Source: Felis catus (Eukaryota). Taken from it: 64,000 bases of DNA. The stretch is taken from the NCBI RefSeq assembly GCF_018350175.1, contig NC_058368.1:149670001-149734000 (forward strand), in the 5' to 3' direction. The position numbers and the translations under genes are program-made. The notes under the pieces are model-generated. The model searched no databases, was not told the origin of the DNA, and was given only the letters and a program-made list of their open reading frames with translations. This document shows, one piece after another, positions 25,036 through 37,679 of this stretch. Position 1 is the stretch's first letter, and the number at the start of each line of letters is the position of its first letter.

Positions 25036-28000
25036 ACTCTGGATTCTAAAACTTGGCGATTTTTGAAACTTGGTGACCTCTTCTTTGCACTGATATCTCC
25101 GCTACTGACTATCCCTACAAAACGCAAGACCTCTGCTACTTTCAAAGGTATGAAAAATGTCCTACATTCCTGGATGGAATACTTGAGGAAGCCTGTTACT
25201 TTTTTCCTAGGGAAAGAACAGAGGAGTATCAACTCATTGTTGGGGGAGAAAAAAAATAAAACAACCCTCAACTCCGTGAGAAAACTCCAAAGCAAATGTT
25301 TAGAATGGCAAATTAACATTTAATGATGTAAATTGGGGATTTTTTTAGAAAAGCTTTTATAAATGTTTCTTAGAAAATGTTTCTTTTCACAAACTGGATT
25401 TGAGCCATACTGGAAGTATCAATAACTGTGTATATGCAGTTATCTGTCTCATCTGTGGGTATTTGTAATGTAAAGCAGGGATAGAGAGGATGGTAAGAAG
25501 TCTTACTCCCAGTTCTTTTCAAGTTTATTTATTTATTTTGAGAGAGAGAAAGCACGAGTAGGGGAGCATCTTCACATTAGGTCTAGGAGTGTGGACAGGG
25601 CTGAGTCATGAATATGCTGGGACATTCCTGGTGAGCTGTCAGCCAGCCTGAAACTCACCAGTAAGAGATCCGAGGTTCTTTCTGCTTTTAGAGTAGCCAC
25701 TCTTAGAGAAATAGTAAGTTACTATCTTTGTTGTTCTTTCCTTCCATGACACCCAAACTTTTAATAAAGTCTAGTCATCATTTTAGCCTGGTCTCAATTG
25801 TACTGTGGGGAGTTAGGGAGATGTCTATCACCTGTTTCAAGCTCCAGGTTGTGTGAAATCAAAAAGGCAGCCCTGGTAGCTGTCATTCTTGGAGGACAGG
25901 AGAGCTGAGCCCATATGTTTCATGGTCTCATGAGCAGGACCACCAGCAAAGGCAGCAGTGTGACGAAGAGGCCACCTGCTCCTGAGCAGATGTGAGGCAG
26001 GACTTGGGAAAACTCAAAGAAGTAAAGAAGTCTTAATTCCAGTGATTAGGTTGCTAGATGGTCAAGCTGCAGTCACTGGAGAATTAATAGAAAGCATGAT
26101 CTGATTTTATAGTCAGTAGGTGGTAAAATCTGGAACGTTGGATTGCAGCATTCATTTTATCATGAAATAATCTTCCCAATTTATAAAAGACTTCTGCCTT
26201 AAAATGTAAAAGTAAGGAAATCCTATAAGAAAAATTAAGAGCACAATCCAAAATATAAATTCTCAAAGATAAGCATGTATCTCACATTAAAAAAATGTCC
26301 AGCTCTCCAAACAAAAACTGACTTAAATGGCAAATAACCATTGAATTGACAGGAATATATGGGAAGAATGTAGATGGATGGATGGGAGTTTCGTGGAGGC
26401 CATTAGTAAGAAGTTATTTAAGTAAGATGCTTTTTTTCTATGCCAAGAACATATTAATGAGAGAGAAGAAATCATATTGTTGGCTTTTTAAAAATGCATT
26501 TGGCTCCTCTCTTTAAAGACTACTCTCTTGAAATTAAAGCTACTGCTTTGAAAAAAAATGTAGACTTTCAAAAATGCAAAACATTGTTTTTGGTTAATTA
26601 TTTATAACAGTTTAAAACAGTTTGTTTTCTGGAGGCAAGTTAATTTAAGAACCAGATTAAGAAAAAAGCAAGCTTTGTCTCCCTGTCCTTAGAAACAAGA
26701 CTTATCTGGGGCTTTTGAATGATGAAGTTTAGGCTATAATTGATAACATTTAATATTATTTAAGATACTTAAAGTTAAAGATAGCCTTTCAACAAATGCT
26801 TAACATTTTACTTCCTTCATACATTTATAAAATAGGAAACCTAACTAGACTGATTTTGTACATGTGTGGTCCTTTTATTTTGCTTGAATTCTCACGTGAG
26901 TAAGAAGCAGTTTCCGCATAAAGTATGGCAAGGAAGTGGTCTCCTCTTCTATGAAGTCTTCAAGAATAAAGGCGTTCATTTTGCCCTCAGGCGATTGCAT
27001 GTTAATGTAGCCCCCTTGGGTGCATATTGTATATTCAGGACCATCTTAAATATTGTAAACAAGAGAATGATTTTGTAGTACATAAAATAAAATAAGAAAA
27101 CTTAATTTCTGTAAGGTGAATAATTTAATTAAATGATACACATCTGTTCTTCACAGAACAGATAATACAGACCTCCTAAAAAGTCACTGAATCTTTGAAA
27201 TGTGCTTCAGATCATTCTCTAAGCAATCTAAACTCTCAACAGGTCAGAATAGGACTGTCTTATCCAAGGGGGCAAATGGACATACAATTGAGGTCCAAAG
27301 CTGCTGCTTCTTATTTATTTCCTTTTTATTTGTAGGATATAGGAACCTATGCCTGATCAGCACTGGACATTTGCAGGCCTTGTCGGAACTGTAAGTGAGA
27401 GGACACTGATCACATAACTCCCTGAGAGTGCCAACACGCTTCTATCTAGAGCAACCTATATGTATACTGAAAGAAATTAATTGAAAATCTATTATTTGGT
27501 TTTCAAAAACTGCATAAAAACTAAATATTCCTCCTAATACAGAATCTGTTAAAATGTTCCTTTATCATTTCTAAAAAAATGGATCTTTTTGAAGCACAAT
27601 GGTATCGTCATAAATAGAAACAGCTGAGGAGGAATATCAGCAAGTGCCAGTGAAAAGAACTCCAGTGCATAAAAATGAAGCGTGTTAAAACTAGAGACTT
27701 TTCTATTATTAATGAAATGGAATGCCATGAGGAAATGCAAGGAGACAGGAGTAATAGTGAAGTCATGAATTAAATAGGAACTTAAAAGCAAGAGTTACTA
27801 GTTTCCCAGCACATGACATCTTCCTATTAAAGTTTATTCAGTGGGAAATGATGAAATAGTACCAATGCTTCAAATAAATACATTCAATATATATAAAAAT
27901 TGCTTCAATATCAAGATGTTAGGGTGAGTGACATCAGGTACCAATTGCAGTTACTTTAACAGCTTCTACATCAAAGAAGTCTCATGGCTTCCTTGGCTCC

Positions 28001-28935
28001 ACATGTATAAGGGTTTCCTTTAATATATATCTTCCTTAGACCAAAACAAAAATCAAACCTCTGGTTTATCTTGTCTGAACTTGCTACACCACAGATGAGC
28101 TTTGCAACTGTGATACATTATAAAAATATTAATACTGAAAAAAAGTCTCAGAATGTGGAGGAGGTGAATTCAGACATATCCATCACCACCAAAACCACCA
28201 GTATCTATGCAGAGATTTGGTTACAGTCACTATGAGGTCATAGTTCTTCCTATATCTTTGTAACAGAAAGGGAACGTGCCGTTACCTTTAATGAAATTCA
28301 TTTTCATAGCCCATCAATCTTCACTTAAGTACCTTAAGAAAAATGAGATGTGTCTTATTCATTTAGAATTCCTCAGGGCCTCACTATCATGATATCTATT
28401 ATTTAATTGGTTCTCATAAAAGCTTGGTGAGTAGAAGAATAAATGAAATAAGTACAAATGTCTAGGATATTTTTATCTGCATATTTCTTTATCTATAACA
28501 TAAGATAAACACAGTAGCAAGCATTCAGTGAATGATCCACCAGCATCGTGAGTCAAGTAAGCAAAAGCAACCAGGTGTGATTTATTCCCTTGGAGTCTAT
28601 GCTTTTGAAGAAAATGAACACTACTCAATGCACCATAAGAATCAAGGAAACTGAAAGTTAGATCAGTGAATCATATAATTTTGGAGAACTTTAAAAATTA
28701 CTCCTGAAAGTTTTAGGTCATGTTCCTATAGTTTGACAGGGTTTTTGTAACTCAACTAATAGGTGAAGAATAGAATTCTTTATCTGGGATGGACAGTATC
28801 ACCTTTAAATAATAATGGCAAAGAGGTTTATCTTGGCAACTTGTCAAGAGACAGAAAAACCATTGAGTGTCCCAGGATAGGCATGATTAATGTTGGGATA
28901 AGATAAATAAAAATAAAAACTTAACACAACTCAGT

Positions 28936-28946
28936 GTGACTCAGCA
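28936..28946 (+). promoter_or_regulatory. Consensus NFE2/NRF2-MAF (ARE/MARE) motif
   Basis: GTGACTCAGCA; motif only. Confidence 0.3.
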
Positions 28947-30311
28947 ACTGATCGCTGTACCTCTGAGCACATTTATTTTTAGAGGTATTCAAGTTTTACC
29001 TCGCTTATTTTCACGGATCCTTCTGCCAAAGCATACTCCAATATTTGGAATTACTTTTCAGGCTATTGGATACCTTCAAACATAAAACTGCTTTCCTGCA
29101 CATGCACAAAATTACTTCTACCCCTACTTACCTTCCTCGCCTACCTGACATGCTTGTACTCTCCAGGAAAAGCAGTAGTAGTAAGAATAATAATGATAAA
29201 ATATTGAAAGCAAACAAATAGATGGCACACTTAAAATAGTATAATGTGAAGAGATTTTATTTACAAAGAGATTATTCCTAAAGGAGTGAATGGACATGTA
29301 TTGAAACCACGAAAGAGTATCAGGAACCCAGGGCTATTAGCTGCCAGCCAGCCACCACCATAGACTTAGAAGGATGAAGGGACGAAGTTATTGGAAGACA
29401 AAAGGAAAGGAGAGTGTACCACAACAGGCCACCTTGAGAAGACTAAAGACTTTCTTTGGAGGAACACATGCAGCCTGAAAAAGCCTCATAGCAAGAAGGC
29501 TGGGGAGTTGCAGACCACTGATGTAATGAAAACAGGACAGCCCTGGTGTGGGAGAGGGAGGTGGGTGAAGAAGGACAGAGAGTGGATTTGTAGGAGACAA
29601 AGAAAGTTGTGTAGCATGGCAACACTGGAAGAAGCCTGAACACAGGAGAAAAAGTCACTCATTTGCAACAATAAATGCTTATCTTCCCTTGGCAGATGAA
29701 TGTGGGCATAAATGACCCTGGAAATAATGGGATTCTGCTTCCAGGGAATTCAACAAATGTTCATTGGTCAGCAGCTACTGTGTGTCAGGAATTATTCTAA
29801 ACACCAGGGATTAGAATATGAATAAACCATGGACACTGTTCTGCAAAAGGTCATAGTCTGGGAAGAGATTTAGGCCCATAAACAGATAATTACAACACAA
29901 TATAAAAAATGAAGCCAATACAAGTACGAACTCCTTCAGGGCATGAACTGAACCATACTCTTTTTTGTATAACCAGCGCCTAGCAAAATGCCTGGCACAT
30001 AGTGGGGCTAAATAAATGAAAAATAAGTAAAAGGTATAAGGATTGTATACAGAGGTCAACTTGGAAAAGCTGATAAGTTTTTTGCTAAGGACTCTGATAA
30101 GTCCTTAGTAAGAATGAAATGGGAAAACTTTGTAATTCATAGCTAACATTTTATTTCATTTACACAATTTTTCATTGTTTATTCCCTAAAAATTTTAGTT
30201 TCCTTTTATTTCCTATATGCCAATAAAGCACCACACCCTATGTAGACTGCTTTTTTCTATTTTTCTACTCTCAGTTAAAACGTATGCTACTCCTTAGGTC
30301 CCTGCTTTTGT

Positions 30312-30315
<4 letters not shown>

Positions 30316-30346
<31 letters not shown>
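30316..30346. repeat. (CA)n microsatellite
   Basis: Direct read. Confidence 0.95.
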
Positions 30347-30356
<10 letters not shown>

Positions 30357-30360
30357 TAAA

Positions 30361-30600
30361 TTATTTTTATTTTTATAAAAATTTTAAAAATAAAAATTTT
30401 ATAATTATTTAATTATATTTTATAATTATTAAACAAATATTTAATATTTGGTTATATATATAAATATATTTATTTAAATAAATATAAATATATTTATTTA
30501 AATAAATAATTATAAATATTTTATAATTATTAAATAATTTTTATAAAAATTTATTTTACTTTTATAAATAAAAGTTATTTTAAAAAATAACTTTTTAAAA
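30361..30600. repeat. AT-rich low-complexity block with several palindromes
   Basis: 6 G/C in 240 bp; palindromes such as atatttatttaaataaatat. Confidence 0.9.
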
Positions 30601-31755
30601 AAATGCATTCAGTGCAGTCACTTTAATCTTAGAAAATGGAAGTCATGAAAGACAAATAATACATTTTTCCTAGGAAAGCTTTTTTATCCCCAAATTTTGT
30701 TGTATATACACATATATTTTATAAATATATTTTTAATCATATAATGTATATTTTTTAAATTGTTCAGTGTATAATTTAGTTGAAAAAGAAGGCAGAGAAT
30801 CATTGGGAAATGGTCTACTGAAATGCAGTAGAACAATTAGCTAGCAATTTGAGATGAAGGTAAATTTATAGCTAATTCATGCCTCATATGACAATAATTT
30901 GAGACTGAGTTGAGGTAACATAAAAAATGAAATGGTAAAAATATAAGAAAATTAGTACTATTTATGTTTATCTTGAGACAGGAAATTTTACTAAAAAGAG
31001 AATGACTGTAAACAAAGGTGAAAAATAAATGACAATGAGAAGATATTTGCAATAGTTGCAATATATATGACAAAGGGTTCATATCCATTGTGAAACAAAG
31101 AGGGTATTGCAAGTAGACTTGGAAGGTCCCTGGAAAAATAGTGTTTGCCCACAATATGAATAATCCACAAGTGCATACTTTCTCTCTCCAGTGTTCTGGT
31201 TTAGTAAATAAATGAAAACGTAGGGTAAAATTATGGCAGTATTAGCCAATGTGAACAATCTGAGGACATATCCAGGTTTGTGAAGAACTCTTAACAAACC
31301 AATGAGAAAACACAAAACAAAACAAAACACTTCAACAGTAAGTAAGTAAAGGCATGAATAAACAATTCATAAAACCGTAAGTGGGTAATTAACAATGAAT
31401 AAAAGAATTATAAAATCCAATTTGGGATAACATGTAGGAAAATAGGCATTCATATACTTTTTGTCAATACAAATTACTTTACCTTTTCTACTGTGAATAA
31501 AGGATGACCATGATATTGTCAGAGAAGCCCGCTTTAAAAAAGGAATAATAATGTAGCTCTTTGAAAATAAAAAGGAATTATTATTAATTTGTTAGTGATC
31601 GATTATGTGGTTTGTTTTATGAAAGAGTTCTTATCTTTCAAAGGCAAATATTGAAGTGTTTATGGATGAAATGATAGGCCATCTGGATTTGCTCTAAAAT
31701 AATTCAAGACTGGAGGAATAGAGGAAGCAGAGATAAAGTAAGATGGCAGTATCTT

Positions 31756-31976
31756 TACATGTTTATTTAGTTATTTTTGAGGGGGGGGGAGAGGGAGAGA
31801 GAGAGAGAGGGGCAGAGGGAGAGAGAGAAAATTCCAAGCAGGCTCTGCACTGTCAGTGTTGTCAATGCTGTGGCACTGTTGTGGGGTGTGGGGCTTCAAC
31901 TCACAAACTGCGAGATCATAACGTGAGCCAAAATCGAGAGTGGGACACTTAACTGACTGAGCCACCCAGGCACCCC
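31756..31976 (-). mobile_element. SINEC inserted in an old L1M remnant
   Basis: SINE body; degenerate TSD aagatggcagtatctt / aagatggccatatctt. Confidence 0.88.
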
Positions 31977-32032
31977 AAGATGGCCATATCTTCATAATTG
32001 TCCATGGCACATGGTATTCATTATACACTCCT

Positions 32033-32035
<3 letters not shown>

Positions 32036-32081
<46 letters not shown>
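32036..32081. repeat. (TA)n microsatellite
   Basis: Direct read. Confidence 0.97.
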
Positions 32082-32084
<3 letters not shown>

Positions 32085-32239
32085 GAGCAGAGTATTATAA
32101 GAGGAAAGAGAAAAGTGAGTTTTACAGTAAAATGTTTAAAGAGACATGGCTGGGTCATGTACCTCCTCCTTCTCCTTCCCCCACCTGTCTAGTTTGCAGA
32201 ATACTTGTTTTGGAATAATAATAAGAATCTGATTATTAT

Positions 32240-32460
32240 CAGTATTATATCACAGCACTGTGCTAAGCATATTCCACTTATGATCACTGATCCTCATAAC
32301 CACCTCAGCAGGCTTATGTTCATGTAATCTAATTATATTATGCAGAGGAAGAAACTGAGACTCAAAAAAGATTAAGTATGTGGTTCAAAGTCACACAGCC
32401 TGGATTCAAATACTAACTTATGCCAAAGCCTGTTCTCTTTTGATTCTACCACACTGCCTT
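32240..32460 (-). mobile_element. MIR
   Basis: 'gcactgtgctaagc...atcctcataaccacc...gaggaagaaactgagactca...aaagtcacacagcc'. Confidence 0.7.
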
Positions 32461-34236
32461 TATGGGCAGAGCACGTTATGTAGATTGATGGGAATGAAAT
32501 GGGAAAATAGTGGGGGTAGGAAAGTATGAAATATAGCAAAATTAAAGGGAGAATAAATACTCATTTCAACTGTGATGGTTATTCTTATTCTATGTTTTCA
32601 GCAGTAAATATGCACTGTAACATTTTAAATTTACAAAGGCATCCCTCTTGCTATTTGCTGCATACCAATGTGCTCTAGGATGATTCATGAATTCTGAGGG
32701 TATTAAAACTAGAAGGAACAATGGAGATCATCTAATAAAATCTTGCCCTTCTACAAAAAAAAAAAGTAGTTGTAAGAAAATATTTTGAAGTGCTGCTTTA
32801 TCTCTAAGCTGAATTGCTATTGCTGTTTATGATACGAAAAACAGTTGGGTGTGAATTTGATTTCATTTGAAAACTCCAGTAGCATCCATATCTATACTTT
32901 AAGTGCAGTGAATGTCACTTATATTCTAGTAACTAGGTTACAGTGGACAAGGGGCAAGGCACTGAACTTGAGCTAGAAGCCTGGAGCTTTGCTTTTACTT
33001 TTGTTTCTGACAAGTTGTGTGATTTTGATCACTTACCTTGTCAGATTACTCATGAGTAAATAGTGGTGATTGGACTGCATTCCCTTCTCTTGGACTTTTT
33101 TAAGGGGAAGAACTGTAGAATTTTAGTATTGTGGATCCACTGCTTTGCTAACACACAAAGGGATGTTATGGTTAGACTTGGAAATCACCTGCACAAATAA
33201 AGTTTTCTTAAAATATAAGTCTACAAGGTATGTCCTCTATCTTCCCAATAGTTTGGATTGATATATGAATAGAAAACACAAAGGAAAATTACAGTAACAC
33301 CAAGGCAGAGTATCAATAGTGTCAGGTTATCCATATTCTTCTTATATAAACAGACATTTGTAACTCAGCTAAGATAGTGTACACTTAGTCAAGTAGAAAA
33401 GATAACAGGGTGAGCCAGAAACTACTACTTTGGGATCTGAGGCAATCAATACTCAAGAAAGCTGCAGGAAGAGTCAAAAACCTTGATTTGTTTAATTGGT
33501 TAAAGTGAAAGAAAATATGATTATACAGTATTTTCTGTATGTCTCCACTCAGGTTTTAAAAAATTAACCTCATTTATTGTTATGTCTCCATATTTGGTTC
33601 TATTTATCTATAAATGATATAACTTTAGTCACTAATATTCTGCATCCACTTTTTAACATCTAATTCATACAAATCCGACAGTGGCTAAGTAACTAGATGT
33701 GCAAGCACCTGATTCATGTAGCACCTGGGCGGTTATGGCATTAGCTATACTTCCAAAGTCTTTGAGATAAATGGTCTCAATACAAAAGTGTAATGCTATT
33801 TTTACAGTGGCATCACAAGTGGCCGGCACCATTGGAATCTGGAAACCTAAATCTGCAAGCCTATGACAGTTGTATTATTTGACAACTCTCACTCACCACT
33901 TTTGTTCATACATGCCCGACTCTGACTCGAATGACGTAGATTATGACATGGAGGACAAGAAAAATTAACAATGGCTGTGCCTGCTAAGTAGTGACACAGC
34001 TAATTTTGAGAATGGGAAAGGACACTATTTTAAGACCTGTTTGCTCTAGAACATTGCATTTTTCTTTTTAATTTGAAGTCCTTTTCTACTTTACCACGTT
34101 TTTGTTTTTGTATTTACCACATCAAATTCTCAGGTATGTTGTAAATACAACTAGAAGTCATGAGAACTGCTTTATCTACCTTACTTACTGATTAGTAATT
34201 ATCCAACTGTCTAGCTAAGAAGTATTGGAAAGACTT

Positions 34237-34300
34237 ATTTCTCAGAGTTTGAACACTGTTCAGATTGATCCTCTGACAATAAAGTCAAACTCTGAGAAAT
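34237..34300. repeat. Perfect 16-bp inverted repeat with 32-nt spacer
   Basis: atttctcagagtttga (34237-34252) and tcaaactctgagaaat (34285-34300). Confidence 0.95.
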
Positions 34301-34589
34301 TTCCTTTAGCCTAGCTATTCTATAGTCCATAATGTTATGCTCTCACATACTCATATATACTGATTTACTAATATCTATATATAACAATGTATGCTAACAG
34401 AAAACCAAGCAGTGTTGGAAATATCATTGGGTACCACTGTAGACAGGGTATAGACAGCAAGGAATGAAAGCAGAAGAAGAAGAAACAAGGGAGAGGGCAG
34501 AGAGACAGGAATACTGGAGACAGAAAAAAAGTAGGGAGAAGTGTAGCAAAAAGTACAGGAAAGGAATTTAAAATAAAAAAAAGGATGTT

Positions 34590-34805
34590 GGGGAGCCTGG
34601 GTGGTATAGTCAGTTAAGCGTCTGGCTCTTGGCTTCAGCTCAGGTCACGATCTCATGATTCATGAGTTCAAGCCCTCCCTGGCGTTAGGCTCCGTACTGA
34701 CAGCATGGAGACTGCTTGGGATTCTCGGTCTTCCTCTCTCTCTCTCCTCTCCATGCACACTCTCTCTTTCAAAACAAATAAATAAACTTAAAAAAATTAG
34801 TTAAA
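34590..34805 (+). mobile_element. SINEC
   Basis: Head 'gggagcctgggtggtatagtcagttaagcg', (CT)n and A tail. Confidence 0.9.
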
Positions 34806-34852
34806 AAAAGATTGTTAGTGAGAAGTTTAATGTCCGTTATTTAATACTTGGT

Positions 34853-35057
34853 GGGGCTCCCGGGTGGCTCAGTCAGTTAAGTGTCCATCTTCGGTTTAGG
34901 TCATGATCTCGCGGTTTGTGAGTTCGAGTCCAACATTGGGCTCTGTGCTGACAGCTCAGAGCCTGAAGCCTGTTTCAGATTCTGTGTCTCCCTCTCTCTC
35001 TGCCCCTCCCCTGCTCACGGTCTGTCTCTCAATAATAAATAAATGTTAAAAAAAAAA
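34853..35057 (+). mobile_element. SINEC
   Basis: SINE body; flanks ttaatacttgg on both sides. Confidence 0.92.
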
Positions 35058-36510
35058 AGTTAATACTTGGCCATGTGACTTATTCTCTTATACTTAAAAC
35101 TGACCTACAGTCTTTCATCATAAAAGCAGCTCATATTAATGATTTATGTGACATATTTGGAAAAATAGTACTTTTGACAGGTTTTTTGGAGGGGTATCAT
35201 TACCCCCAGTGAAAGAAATAGACACATGAGAATTAAAATAATTCTGGGTATCATTCAATAATCTTTTATAAGTCTTTCTCCTGGCTCAACACAAAAATAT
35301 CTTACAGTGGGCATCTACTAACATCCTTTAAAAGTAGTAATGGATAAAACAATAGTAAATTGAGCTGCATAATAATACTTACAGAAAGACTTCCTGTAAA
35401 AATACTTCCTTAAAATAAAAACTTCTTTCATGTATGGTAACAAATTAATCCTTGGCTTATATATTTTTTATATTTCTATATTCATTTACTACTTTTGCTC
35501 AAAGTATAGTAAGCTTGAGTTTCTGCTCAAAGACTACATTTTGTATTTGTTTCATTTATGGATATGTTCCAAAGTTTTTGGTTTCTAAATTAGTTTATGC
35601 CACAAATAGGCTCAACTCATATGCTCAGTTTTCCTACATATCAATTAGTATGTTTAGACCCCTTCTTGTGTCTGTCCCCAGTGAGTCATGCTCAAGGTAA
35701 TATGAAAACAAACCTTTAATTAAATATAAAAACATTCTAAAGAACTCCTGAAAATAGTACTGACAGATGTTCATTGAATGTTCTGTTTTCTAATAACTAA
35801 AATGCAACTGATTGAAAAGAGAAAAGCATACTTCTTATTCCTTTTGTGCAGTGACTGATAGCATTTTAATTGCCCAAAGCTTTGTTCGTCTCTTTTCATG
35901 GTTGATGTCTGCAAAGGTGTTTACTCTATAATTGAAAACTAGGGATATATATTCTTTTTCCACCTCGAAGACCATTTATGTCACTAGCCTCTTCAGATTA
36001 TTTCTTGCTTATAACCTTGGATGAATTAAATAAAAAAGCTTTGAAATTTGTTCTTTATCAAAACAAATATGTTACAACAGTATCTCTCCTAAGATTTCTG
36101 TATGTTCCTAAGATTCTAAAGAAAATATTCTTTTGATTTTTATGACTTGTGCCTCTTGGTAAAATGCAGATATTGCTTAGACATATGAGAAATTTTATGA
36201 ATTGAAATTGGGATAAAATCATTGATCCCCCAAATGCATAATTAATTATTTAAAAGAAGAAAATTCCCAAAGAGTAGGAAACTGGAAGAAAATGTCTATT
36301 TTCTTCATTCCAAAGACATCCAGAATCTTTATGCTATCCCACTGTTCCCAGAGCTATAACTGTACCTGAGTCTGCCCGATTGATTGGTTCTTCGTCACTA
36401 AGATTTAATTATGTTAAATGGATCTTAAGAATGTATTTGGAGTTTTCAGCAAGGAAACTCAGGCCCTCTAATTCCTAGGGAACCTTCTCTTATCTAAGAA
36501 GTCTGTCTTT

Positions 36511-36727
36511 GGGGCGCCTGGGTGGCGCAGTCAGTTAAGCGTCTGACTTCAGCCAGGTCACGATGTCACGGTCTGTGAGTTCGAGCCCCGCGTCAGGCTC
36601 TGGGCTGATGGCTCAGAGCCTGGAGCCTGTTTCCGATTCTGTGTCTCCCTCTCTCTCTGCCCCTCCCCCGTTCATGCTCTGTCTCTCTCTGTCCCAAAAA
36701 TAAATAAACGTTGAAAAAAAAATTTTT
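36511..36727 (+). mobile_element. Young felid SINE (SINEC_Fc-type)
   Basis: CpG-rich, near-identical to the copies at 42267 and 44408; TSD aagtctgtcttt at 36499-36510 and 36731-36742. Confidence 0.95.
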
Positions 36728-37679
36728 AACAAGTCTGTCTTTCTGCCTGGGTATGCTGCTTGATAAGAAAAGCATAGGAAACAGTGAGGTAGGTAGAACA
36801 TAGTGATCAAGTTATTATCAGTTTATAAACAGATCATTTTATATTTTTATTCTATATTCAATTATGGCTTTCTCAGTATTAAAAATGTGGGATTTTCAAG
36901 AAAAGGGTGGAAGTAATTTGGGGCAGAGACTTTTTAAGAATTTCTCGTATAACACTGTGTGGACAGCTACTTCTCACCTTCCACCTCCACACAGTCATTA
37001 ACTCACATTCAGATTAGTAAAAGTAACAGAACAGGGTTGTCAATGTTATTGCTGAGAGAATGTTTAAGGAGACTGATTTTCCTGTAACTATATAATTCCA
37101 CAAAGGCCATATACATCGAGACTTTGCGGCCATCTTTATATCTGTAAGCTTGTGAAGTGGCATTAATCCCACTTTGGTAAATAGGCAGATGATTTGGCTT
37201 CTCTCAGGCCTGGATTGTGTGGGTCCAAGTGAATTTTCCTATCTTTGGCCAAATAATTCTTTCCTTCAAAAATAGTGATTGATAAACCTGAATAAGACAT
37301 GGTCCCTCACCTTATATATTTAAACAATTTTATGAGGAAAAAAAAGGTGTAAACTAAATGAGGCAAATAATCCACTTAAGCCTGGATCAAATAAGTGGAG
37401 GAAAAGCAAACGCACTGTGGTATGACCAATGTGGTACTTTGGGTTCTTTGGATCATTCCAAGGAAAATCTAGTTACCTTACTGATGACCATGACTATACC
37501 AAGGCTGAATACACAGGCCTTATCACATTTTCCAAATTAACTCATGGCCAAGAAGGCAAGAATATTAGTTTGCCTTCTTTCTGTGTAACTCAGACCACAT
37601 CTCTAGGTGTCATTTCATTTTTACTCATAATTACCAAACATGCTGTTATGTTGACCCAAATCACGGACTTCTTACATTT

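Noticed and set aside
24816..25319. 167-aa minus-strand ORF
   Set aside because: No recognisable domain; partly overlaps an LTR remnant; no splice or promoter support
33912..33968. Small acidic ORF MPDSDSNDVDYDMEDKKN
   Set aside because: Only 18 codons, not recognised, with no supporting exon structure
36511..36590. SINE heads as tRNA genes
   Set aside because: The A/B boxes are tRNA-derived but run into SINE body, (CT)n and poly(A) with TSDs
37550..37579. 10-bp inverted repeat aagaaggcaa / ttgccttctt
   Set aside because: Short enough to be expected by chance in 64 kb of AT-rich DNA
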